Counted from the first letter of the whole stretch, positions 37,156-47,569 are shown. The stretch is 59,369 bases of DNA, filler included, from Nemertoderma westbladi (GCA_032718475.1; 3 parts of 3 records of this genome joined end to end with filler, not necessarily neighbours in it), one strand, 5' to 3'. Notes: generated from the sequence alone by a model not told the origin. Made by a program: numbers and translations.

Positions 37156-39192
37156 TCGAACTCCCATATTTTTCCGCAACGGCCTTGGCCAAACTGAACA
37201 AACTGAACTTGAAACTGTTGAGGGAGGCCAAAGAGGGAGAGAAGATAAATCAGGGGAAGTTGAGCCAGCGACTAGGTGAGTCGAATAAACATTTCCGATA
37301 TCTAGTTCGTTTCGGGCAGGGAGAACTGGCGAGTGAGAGAGCGAGGGGGGTCGCCACCAAACTATTCGAACTGTGGCGATCCGGTGAACTATTCTAACTG
37401 TGGCGAAGTGGTGTACGTAGGGCCGTATTTAGTGGATGCTAGGGGAATTAAGTTAGTGGGTTGGGCAGATCCGCATGAGGGCGAACCCGAGGTTAACCCT
37501 GAGGATTTGGTCTCGTCGGTTAGCGAGAACGCCAGAAAGCGGGGGAAAATTAGTAGGACAGAGCGGCGACGGGAGTCCGTCGCAACCGATAAGTCCACTA
37601 CGTCCTCCGCGAAAGCAAGAAGGGTGTTAGAGATAGATCTGGCGTGTCAATTAGACATGGTGGCGCTAGACCAGAAAGAATTAGAGAGGCAGTTGGATGA
37701 GGGAACTGCGCTGTTAGAGAAAGAGAGGGAGTTGGTGAGGGAGTGTAGATGGAGGGCCGAGAGGGTAGCGAGGAATTGTAGAGAACAAGAAGAGAGAGAG
37801 GCAGAGGAACGTAAGGAGCGAGAAAGAAGAGTAGAGGAGGAACGTAAGGAGCGAGAAACGAGAGTAGAGAAGGAATGTAAAGAGCGAGAGACGAGAGTAG
37901 AGAACGAGCATAAAGAGCGAGAGACGAGAGTAGACTCGTCGAGTAGTCTCTACTCGTAGCCTGTATTTATCGTAGTGGTAAAGTAAGCTGTGATACTTTT
38001 CTGTCGGACTGCGATAGCAATCTTTTACAAATTAGTCGCAAAAGCCATGATATTCTAATTACTGGGGATTTTAACCTAGATGCCATAAACCCATCTAGTT
38101 TCTACATCCGCTATAACAAAATCTACAATAGCCATGGTTTACATCAAATAATTAATAAGCCGACAAGAGTTACATTACATTCAAAATCAACCATTGACCA
38201 TATTTTAACCAATTCTCAAACTAATATTATACAGTCAGATGTGTTTCCAATACAGATTGGAAATGCTGATTATTTTGCGGTTTTTGCAATATTCCAAAAA
38301 AATTCTACACCTTTTCAAGATGTAATTCAGAAAGCGTAATATGTAATTCAGAACCGTAATATGTAATTCAGAAAGTGTAATATGTAATTCAGAACCGTAA
38401 TATGTAAATCAGAAAGCGTAATATGTAATTCAGAACCGTAATATGTAATTCAGAAAGTGTAATATGTAATTCAGAACCGTAATATGTAAATCAGAAAGCG
38501 TAATATGTAATTCAGAAAGCGTAAAATGTAATTCAGAAACCGTAAAATGTAATTCAGAAACTTATATAGGAATCATGTCTTTAACAGTACCTATCTCTTG
38601 GTATCTCTTGGAAACCAAATGTTCCAGAAGCTTTCTGCTATTTTATTTGTGTTAATAATAATAGAATTGGTAGTTACTTGGTAACCTGTTAATTCTAAAG
38701 GAATGTTAGTGCAATGCGTTTCATTAATCATAAACGCCTATTAATATTTATAAATCGCGTTGTTTATTGGTTCTTAGTGGAATTTAATACGCAATTAATA
38801 ACTGGCCCATGTGGATGGATTATTTTAATTATCTTTCCAACGTTAACACATTTACCAAGGAAAATTAATATTTAATTCCAGTATAATGAATTGTACTAAG
38901 TATGTTCCAAAAATCCTTATACAATCACTCATTTTTTTGCGATGACAAATATTTAAGACCATGAAATGAACTTTGATTTGTTGCATAAAATGGCATTGAA
39001 TAAATTTCTAAGTAAGAAATTTCCGTTGACTCCGAATATTTATTATATAATTATTTTAATACACTACATTATATATTGGCATGACCATAGATGAGGCCAT
39101 TAAATAAATACATAAAATTGTGTAATAAATAGCAAATGTAATGTTTGATTTGATGTTGTTTGACACCACGCTTAATTTATTTATTGGACACT

Positions 39193-39317
39193 TACATACA
39201 AACTTTCATACATACAAACTTTCATACATACTGTACAAACTTTCATACATACAAACTTTCATACATACAAACTTTCATACATACAAACTTTTATACACAT
39301 TCATACATACAAACTTT
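39193..39317. repeat. 16-bp minisatellite (CATACATACAAACTTT)n
   Basis: Direct observation, about 7 imperfect copies. Confidence 0.85.
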
Positions 39318-39516
39318 CTATTGCGGTTCTTCCACTTTTTATACTATACATTCTGGTATTGGTGTATTACAGTATTTAATTGCCGTTTTATTTATTTTTA
39401 TAATAAAATAATTCTTGTTAATGAATTTGAAATATCAGTTACGTAACCAAGATTTTTCTTCTGAAGGCGGGGATAACAAATTTGTATATGAAATTAAATA
39501 TAATATTGTCTTCCAA

Positions 39517-39777
39517 GGTTCCACCTTGGTGTTGCGGTTGCATTGAATTTACATCTCCTCGTGGTCGTGGGTTCGATGCTCACATGGGCCAGGGCAGTTT
39601 TCGTTTCGGCACGAATGCTTTAAAGGGACCAGCCATGGCGCATATCTGCCTTCCATCCTTAAATGGTATAGCTAAATGAGTACTGGAGTTTCCTCTGGAG
39701 AGTATAGTTCTGGGGGGGACCGCACTGGCGTAATCCCTGGCCTAACGGACGTAGAAAATTTACTTTACTTTACTTTT
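39517..39777 (+). mobile_element. tRNA-derived SINE with a Meta/Sauria-like central motif
   Basis: A-box TGGTGTTGCGG (39527), B-box GGTTCGATGC (39570), GCCTTCCATCCTT...TAAATGAGTAC core and (TTTAC)n tail. A related 3' fragment lies on the minus strand at about 49580-49665. Confidence 0.75.
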
Positions 39778-40434
39778 AAAAGCCACGAATGCCGAAAATT
39801 CCTGATGTGAAAGCCACGTTAAAGTTATCGGAAATGTCCACCCGTGAGTGATTTATGTATAAAAATTTAAGGTGGTTGCACACTAAAAAATTAGAAATTA
39901 CTGAATTGTTCATAAAACATCCCATCGTGAAGCAAAATTTGACGTAGATTCCAAAAATCAAGCAATCAAAAGTTATGTCCATTTTTCTGTGAAATTTTTC
40001 AAGGCGGTCCGTTATTTTTCAAATTTTGGTCCAAGTTTTGAAATATTTTTTTTCTCTTATTTCATTTTCAAAATTTACCCATTTCAAACATAATTTAATG
40101 TAAATTCCAAAAACGATAGCAAATTACCTGAATCAAATCCAATCAAAAATTGTAAGCATTAATCTGTGCACGTACTCCAAATACGGCTAAGGACGTCTGG
40201 GGCGATTTCTGATCATCGCATTTATTCGCATCCGCCTTTACAAAGGTACACATATATCAAAAACTATAAAAATATATTAACATGAAATTTTCACACACAA
40301 TGTAGCACATGTTGGGGTAAGTAGTAAGTACTTACCAAATGTTTCATCTCATATGCAAATTTGGTAATAGACATTACATTAAAAATAATCTTTTTTTTAT
40401 TTGAAATGTCTATTACTCGACTGATTTTGCAAAA

Positions 40435-40642
40435 CCTATTTGGCCCGGGCTATTTTACAACGTCATTGGCCCGGGGAGGGGGGGGGGGGGGTCACGTTTG
40501 AAATTTTTTAGATCTTCGCTCAATAATTACAATTTCCATGGTATAAGGGTTTTCGAGGTCGCTGATCGTGATAAAACTTGGTAAACATATTTCCTTTCCA
40601 AAAAAATTGATAAAATGACCCCTACTCCCGGGCCAAATAGGG
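40435..40642. mobile_element. piggyBac-like MITE
   Basis: CCTATTTGGCCCGGG ... CCCGGGCCAAATAGGG|TTAA; left TTAA damaged. Confidence 0.6.
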
Positions 40643-41565
40643 TTAATACAACTCATAGTACTGGAATGAAATATTAATTTTCCTTGGTAAAAGTATTTTG
40701 TTTGGAAAGATAATTAAATAATCCACATGGGCCAATTATTAATTGGTTATAAATTCCACTAAGAGCCAACAAACAACGTGATTTATAAATATTAATAGGC
40801 ATTTATGATTAATGAAACGCATTGCACTAACATTCCTTTAGAATTAACAGGTTACCAAGTAACTACCAATTCTATTATTATTAACACAAATAAAATAGCA
40901 GAAAGCTTCTGGAACACTTGGTTTCCAAGAGATACCAAGAGATAGGTACTGTTAAAGACATGATTCCTATATCAGTTTCTGAATTACATATTACGGTTTC
41001 TGAATTACATATTACGCTTTCTGAATTACATATTACAGTTCTGAATTACATATTACGCTTTCTGATTTACATATTACGGTTCTGAATTACATATTACACT
41101 TTCTGAATTACATATTACGGTTCTGAATTACATATTACGCTTTCTGAATTACATCTTGAAAAGGTGTAGTTATTTTCTCGATCAACCTAAAAAATTCCGT
41201 TATGACTTCTCACATTTTAACGAAGATAAGTTTCTCACTGATCTGCGCGATCGCAACTCCTGGTCATATGGTTTGCAAGACTCAGACAGCGACAAGAGCT
41301 TTGAGGCCTTTAATGATAATTTTATTAATATCACGAGAAGACATGTCCCTATGGTCGAGATTAGACCCACCGATATTTGTCGTAAACCCTGGCTTACTCA
41401 AAAGTTATTGGATAAAGTAAAAAAAAAATACAGTCTGTATAGTATCTATATTAAATATATAAGTTTAATAATATTAAAATTACTTTTAAAATTACTATTA
41501 AAAATACTAATATTAAAAATAAGTCAGCTCCCAATTTTGAGTTATATAAAAAATACCGTAACCGA

Positions 41566-43858
41566 TTGACACTGGAATTGCGAACCGCAGAGAAAAAATA
41601 TTTTTATCTTCAATTTATAAAAAACCAAGGAAATATGAAAGCCACGTGGCGACTTATAAACTCGGTTTTATCAGGATCGGCTAATCGTACATGCCCGGTT
41701 CAAATAAAAGTGGATGCCCCCCTAGAGACTGGTGTCCAGCCCGCACAAACCCCTTTACAACCGCTAATAGAGACTGCTGCCCACCCTGTCCAACCCCCTC
41801 CAGTACCCTCCCTGGAGACTGCCGCCCACCCTGTCCATGTCCAACCCCCACCAGAACCCCCCCTGGAGACTGCTGTCCACCCAGCACAACCCTCTTTACC
41901 ACACCCCCCAGAGTGTCCAGCCTGCACAATCCCTTTTACAACCGCCCCTAGAGACGGCTGTCCTCCCTGCACAACCCCCCTAGAGACTACTGTCCACCCT
42001 GCTCAACCCCCTTTACAACCATTTCTAGACACGGCTGTCCAATTCCCAATACAACCGCCCATAGAGATTGTTGTCCTCTCTTCACAACCCGTAATACAAC
42101 AGATCGAAAATACAAAACCCTCACAACCCCCAATACAACCTTCACAACCCTCAATACAAAAGGACGAAAATACGAAAATTATTTCAGATCCCATAGAAAT
42201 TGCAGAGTCATTTAACGAATTTTTTTCTTCTATCGGTCCGAAACTGGCCTCCAATATTCCGGATAGTCCGATTAACCCCATATCTTATTTAAGAGCATCA
42301 CTTCCAAACTCCTTCTCCTTATCGGAAGTTTCAAACGAGGAAGTATTGAATATAATTCATGATATTCCAGAAAACAAATCAACGAGTGATTGTTTCCCTA
42401 TTAAATTAATTAAAATAGGGGCGGGTATATTAGCATTACACTTAACTATATTAATTAATTGCTGCATACGAAATGCAGTTTATCCATCATTTATGAAAAT
42501 CGCTAAAGTAATACCAATTTATAAAGGCGGCAGCCCTCTAGACCGGACGAATTACAGACCAATTTCTATTCTAAGCATCTTTTCAAAAATTTTTGAAAAA
42601 ATAATCTACATCCAACTTCTTGGTTTCATATCGAAAAACAAAATTATTAACTTAAATCAATTTGGTTACCAGAAAAATGTATCGACGTACCATGCCCTTC
42701 TACAGTTAACAGAAAAAATTCGTCAAATCCTAGACATCAAGCATACATCCTGTGTTATATACTTAGACCTTAAAAAGGCGTTCGATACAATTGATCACAC
42801 AGATACTACTAAAAAAGCTAGAAACTTATGGTGTGAGAGGTCTGCCGCTAAAATTAATAGCTAGCTATCTGAGCAACCGTAGACAGTACGTAGCCGTTGG
42901 TAGCAATATCTCCGGTACACTGAATCTCATATGCGGTACCCCTCAAGGATCCCTGTTGAGTGTCTTATTGTTTATTATCTATATCAATGACCTACCCAAT
43001 TGTACCAGTCTTTTAGCAGTCCTTTTTGCCGACGACACGAGTTTAACCCACAGTTCTCATTCACCTGAACCACTATTAACAGAAGCTAATTTCGAACTTG
43101 AAAAAGTGTCCGACTGGTTAGTAGCCAACAAACTGTCACTAAACCTTTCAAAAACAGAGTACATGATTATATCAAACAAAAAATATTACTCCTCCAGTGC
43201 CCCAATGCTACAAATTAAAAATAAAGCAATAACCGAAACTTTGACCACTAAATACTTAGGGCTGTGGATAGATTCTGACATGTCTTGGAAGACACACACA
43301 AACTATATACACAAAAAAATATCAAAATCCATTGGAATATTTTACAAGTTACGTTATGTCCTCCCACGACAAATTTTGCGGGTACTCTACTTTACACTAA
43401 TCCATCCGTACATCTGTTATGCTCTTATTGTTTGGGGTAACACACATCATACTTTCATTCACCCGCTCAAGGTGTGCGTTAATAAGGTACTAAGAGCCAT
43501 AACATTTTCTGACTCCCGATCCTCGGCAACTCCACTCTACAAAGAGCTAGGAATTCTTCCAATTGAAAAGCTGTACATACAGCAAGTAGCTTCGGCAATG
43601 TTTGATATATCCAACAATCTCGACAAATCTAATCTGTCAAATTTATTTTCTAAGGTCTCAGAAATCCACACATATAACACGAGAGCGACAACATCAAAAA
43701 ATTACTATTTCCCCAATGTCCGTCTCGTAGTCGCGCACCGCTCATTTAAATTTCAGGGAGTCAAAATTTGGAATGACCTGCCCGAAAATATTCGGGCTTC
43801 CAAATCAAAACATACATTTACTAAACTTTTAAAAAAATACCTCCTGGAAAACGCTTAA
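41566..43858 (+). pseudogene. LINE ORF2 reverse transcriptase with a Pro-rich insert; one frameshift near 42800
   Basis: ORFs 41566-42864 and 42791-43858 join at FDTIDH/QILL. Confidence 0.9.
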
Positions 43859-44840
43859 TTAATATTACAATTGTTTATAAATATTAATAAAAATTATACT
43901 AATATGTAAAAATTAATCAACTCTTATTTCCCTTTCCTAATGGTCCATTCTTTGTGATGATCGCATTTTATTTATTTATTTTTATTTTTTGTTAAAAATT
44001 ATAATATGATTTCTCGTTTCCTAGGTTGTAATAATTGATATTATTTGATATTATTACTGTAATAACTTATAGAAATAACAAATTTGGTACACACACTTTG
44101 AATAAACATTGGAATCAGAAAATTCACGGTGGTCTTCGCTTTTCAATTCTCATAAGATTTTTTTTATCATATATCTTTTTTTCGCTTTACCTTCTATGCT
44201 ATTTCTCTTGCTTTGTCTTTCTTGGTGTGCTTCTTTTGTGCAGTAATCTTTCACTTAAAAATATCTTGTACATGTGAGTAGATTATTTTCACTCATTTTC
44301 CATACAAATATCATGGACGCGGCGCAGTCCAACTCAAATTTCGAGTATTTGCATGAAATCCACGAACTAGTGGCACGTGCTACTATGTGGATTTCATTCG
44401 AATTCGGATCCTCACCCAATAATTAAATGTATCTATATCACTTTATTTCGTGTTTGCTATCGTGCTGGTGATGGGTCTGTCGTACCATATTTTATTGGAA
44501 TTATTAAAGTTCAAGTTCAAGTAGAGAACGAGCGTAAGGAGCGAGAGACGAGAGAGATGAACGAACATAGAGAGCGAGAAGCGAGAGTAGAGAGCGAGCG
44601 TAGAGAGCGCGTGGCGAGAGAGACAGAGCTGACGAACCAGAGTTTGCGAGAGGACAGAGAGAGAGAGAGAGCGGGAAAGTGCATGCGGGATGATATGCAT
44701 GCCCGGTTAAGGGGGCTTATGCAATATCAGGCCAAACAGAAGCGCCGACTGGAACTGGCGCAGTTGGGATTATCTGAGAGTGAGGCTGGCTCGGGTAGTA
44801 TTTACGAGGAGCCAGAGGTTATGGAACCGTTTGTTAATAC

Positions 44841-44940
44841 NNNNNNNNNNNNNNNNNNNNNNNNNNNNNNNNNNNNNNNNNNNNTTAATTAATTAANNNN
44901 NNNNNNNNNNNNNNNNNNNNNNNNNNNNNNNNNNNNNNNN
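44841..44940. other. Assembly gap with synthetic TTAATTAATTAA spacer
   Basis: Same 100-bp format as 14903-15002. Confidence 0.98.
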
Positions 44941-45265
44941 ATATGCGAAGCCTTAGCATTGGGGTAGGCCTACCACTAATGATTTGTCTGTCGTTATTGT
45001 CTGTCATCGTCGTCTAATATTTTATCGCTAATAACTCGGTTATTCCATAATAAACTTAAACCAAACTTGGTACGTATGTAGACCGTCAAACGTTTAGAAA
45101 TAATCTGAAGTTTATTCAAATGTCAGACTGTCTGACAGTTTGCATTCTCAGGCCGAGAATGTCATGTAATTTTGGTGGGAACGGCGACCCACACATACAA
45201 TGAAAAAGAAGAGTTTCGGTATAATTGTTAGTTAAAACTGATTTCTGAGATGTTTCTGAATGTTG

Positions 45266-45565
45266 TTAGGGGGTAAGTGTGATGAGTATTATTTTTCGCC
45301 AACTACTGTAGTCAGGAAATTTGTTAAAAAGATAAGTTTGTGTAAGGCCGTTGACAGTTTTGTAAAACGAAATTAGACAAAATAATGGCATCCGGTCTTG
45401 AGGAGAGTGGCTGTAGGTTGCATTCCTTTTCAGTGCTACAGTAGCTAGTTTAAGGATATCAGTTCCGAGGTTGTCTAAGAGATCAGAGCAACCTACAGTA
45501 TGAGAGATGCCACACCATACAGCGCAGACGTACTCCAACTTGGTCTCATAAAACTGGTGTAGGCC
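45266..45565 (-). pseudogene. LINE RT C-terminal fragment
   Basis: RPKLEYVCAVW...FYKTVNGL...YL, a typical post-RT motif of CR1/Jockey-group LINEs. Confidence 0.6.
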
Positions 45566-45853
45566 TATATTATAAGCTAATTAAATTTTAATATAATAAG
45601 ATGAAACAGACTACTTCGATTAACGCATACTAGGGGAGTGCCCTGCCCTGAATATGTCATTATTATGTTAGTCCTTGGTAAGTATGTTATTGTGTAGACC
45701 TATTATAACTCTCTTATATTAGTTAGCTAGTGTTTTTTTTTCATTATTGTTTTACCAGGCAGCTAGTGATTTCTAATAGAACAAATAGCTATCGATTTTA
45801 TATACTGTAGGTAATTTAAAAAAAATAGGGTTTCAAATAATATTGCTGCACAA

Positions 45854-45875
45854 TTTATTAATTAATATGTTTATT
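45854..45875 (-). terminator. Two AATAAA polyadenylation signals downstream of the BAF-like ORF
   Basis: TTTATT at 45854-45859 and 45870-45875, 28-49 nt past the stop codon. Common by chance in AT-rich DNA. Confidence 0.5.
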
Positions 45876-45902
45876 GTAAATCGACTAAATTACTGGCTGG
45901 GT

Positions 45903-46994
45903 TCAAAGTGTCGGACAGCCGCAGCAAAATAAACACCTCCTCAGACAATTAAAAAATGTTTTACTAAATGAGTTGTTTGGACGGTTGCCTTTTCTCCCCC
46001 TATGAGAACATCGAAAGTTACACAGACAGTTAACCTTTGTGAGCTCTCCTGTTGTTTCACTACTGACCCCGACTTCCAGACTATCACTTTCACGTTTCTT
46101 TGTTGTCCCGATGTCTCTATGTTCCTTCACCCATTGCAATATTACATGATACCGAGTTCGATGCATTTGGGGCCCACAAATATCATGTAGATAACGATAG
46201 AACTCATCTTCATCCCCATTGAAGTCAATGAAGCGATTAACGAGCTGATAAGCGTATTTAATTCGCTTTGTTCCCAGCCGCTTGGAGAATGCTTCACCAA
46301 TCTCGGGAACCTCTATGACCTTTGTTCCCAGCCGCTTGGAGAATGCTTCACCAATCTCGGGAACCTCTATGACCTTTGTTCCCAGCCGCTTGGAGAATGC
46401 TTCACCAATCTCGGGAACCTCTATGACCTTTGTTCCCAGCCGCTTGGAGAATGCTTCACCAATCTCGGGAACCTCTATGACCTTTGTTCCCAGCCGCTTG
46501 GAGAATGCTTCACCAATCTCGGGAACCTCTATGACCTTTGTTCCCAGCCGCTTGGAGAATGCTTCACCAATCTCGGGAACCTCTATGACCTTTGTTCCCA
46601 GCCGCTTAGAGAATGCTTCACCAATCTCGGGAACCTCTATGACCTTTGTTCCCAGCCGCTTGGAGAATGCTTCACCAATCTCGGGAACCTCTATGACCTT
46701 TGTTCCCAGCCGCTTGGAGAATGCTTCACCAATCTCGGGAACCTCTATGACCTTTGTTCCCAGCCGCTTGGAGAATGCTTCACCAATCTCGGGAACCTCT
46801 ATGACCTTTGTTCCCAGCCGCTTGGAGAATGCTTCACCAATCTCGGGAACCTCTATGACCTTTGTTCCCAGCCGCTTGGAGAATGCTTCACCAATCTCGG
46901 GAACCTCTATGACCTTTGTTCCCAGCCGCTTGGAGAATGCTTCACCAATCTCGGGAACCTCTATGACCTTTGATGATTTAACTTTCTTGTACAT
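45903..46994 (-). CDS. Divergent BAF (barrier-to-autointegration factor)-like protein, 363 aa, with 13 tandem HhH-like repeats and a Cys-rich tail
   Basis: One repeat plus the unique region (VIEVPEIGEAFSKRLGTKRIKYAYQLVNRFIDFNGDEDEFYRYLHDICG) aligns without gaps to human BAF 20-68 as recalled ([49 protein letters not shown]): 17/49 identities by hand. W84 also kept. ATG to stop is intact. Confidence 0.82.
   Translation of the reverse strand: MYKKVKSSKVIEVPEIGEAFSKRLGTKVIEVPEIGEAFSKRLGTKVIEVPEIGEAFSKRLGTKVIEVPEIGEAFSKRLGTKVIEVPEIGEAFSKRLGTKVIEVPEIGEAFSKRLGTKVIEVPEIGEAFSKRLGTKVIEVPEIGEAFSKRLGTKVIEVPEIGEAFSKRLGTKVIEVPEIGEAFSKRLGTKVIEVPEIGEAFSKRLGTKVIEVPEIGEAFSKRLGTKVIEVPEIGEAFSKRLGTKRIKYAYQLVNRFIDFNGDEDEFYRYLHDICGPQMHRTRYHVILQWVKEHRDIGTTKKRESDSLEVGVSSETTGELTKVNCLCNFRCSHRGRKGNRPNNSFSKTFFNCLRRCLFCCGCPTL
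46266..46972. repeat. 54-bp coding tandem repeat, 13 copies
   Basis: Units at 46266+54n. One variant base seen (46608, synonymous Ser codon on the minus strand). Confidence 0.97.
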
Positions 46995-47116
46995 TATTAG
47001 TTCGTATTAGTTCAAAGATGAATAGATAAGATCAAATATTACCGATTATTATACAGTATATGTCCGATTTGTAAATAATTTTTCTCCTAATTGACATAGA
47101 TTGATGTGCAGTTCGA

Positions 47117-47189
47117 TTATATATAATATTTTGAATTCCAGAACTTAGTTTTGATTGGTTGATTTGAGCAATACTGTTCTTCTGATTGG
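47117..47189 (-). promoter_or_regulatory. Putative promoter: two CCAAT boxes plus a TATA-like element
   Basis: ATTGG at 47154-47158 and 47185-47189 (31 bp apart). TTATATATAA at 47117-47126, about 120 bp upstream of the ATG at 46994. Confidence 0.5.
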
Positions 47190-47569
47190 CTAAAACAAAA
47201 TGGTATTTGTTAGGCGGTTTTGGTGGTAGGTTTACCCGTTAACGCTGTTCGCGACTCTGTTCGCGACTCTGTCCGCGAATCCGCCCGCAACGCCGCCCCC
47301 GACGTTCCCACAAAACAGATCAAAGATATGGTCGTTGTGCTGTGGGATAACACGTGTAACATGGAGGAGGGCTGGCTCCAGCACCCATCGGGAGTGGCAG
47401 CGGACTTAGCCCACCCAAATACCCACCACCCCCGATCTCCGTTGGCCTCTAGCTGATGCTGGACGAAGTCACGGACCTCGTATTCGTCCACTGATAGATT
47501 TTTCGACTGAAAATTTAAATAATATTTAAAACAAATATATTTAAAGTAAATTTGTAATCTAAATTATCC

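Larger units (their letters stand above)
38308..41166. mobile_element. Non-autonomous foldback DNA transposon: CAC...GTG ends, TA target duplication, 520-590-bp inverted arms
   Basis: TA|CACCTTTTCAAGATG...CATCTTGAAAAGGTG|TA. Arms contain 20-21-bp GTAATATGTAATTCAGAA repeats. Removing it restores the LINE frame (IFQKNS-SYFLDQPKKF). Confidence 0.9.
37935..44519 (+). mobile_element. CR1/L2-group LINE, 5'-truncated
   Basis: APE C-terminal motifs (ILITGDFNLD, PTRVT, STIDHILTN); RT motifs (NYRPISIL, QFGYQ, DLKKAFDTIDH, GTPQGS, FADDT); (GTTCAA)n tail; AGTAGA target duplication at 37929-37934 and 44520-44525. Confidence 0.9.
37156..44840 (+). pseudogene. Gag-like N-terminal coiled-coil ORF split by a LINE insertion (37156-37934 plus 44520-44840)
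   Basis: The 33-bp (E.ERKERETRV)n repeats stop at 37934 and resume at 44521. Confidence 0.7.

Noticed and set aside
46282-47010. 242-aa plus-strand repeat ORF (ENASPISGTSMTFVPSRL)n
   Set aside because: Antisense shadow of the 54-bp repeat. No unique domain, whereas the minus frame extends into a BAF-like sequence.
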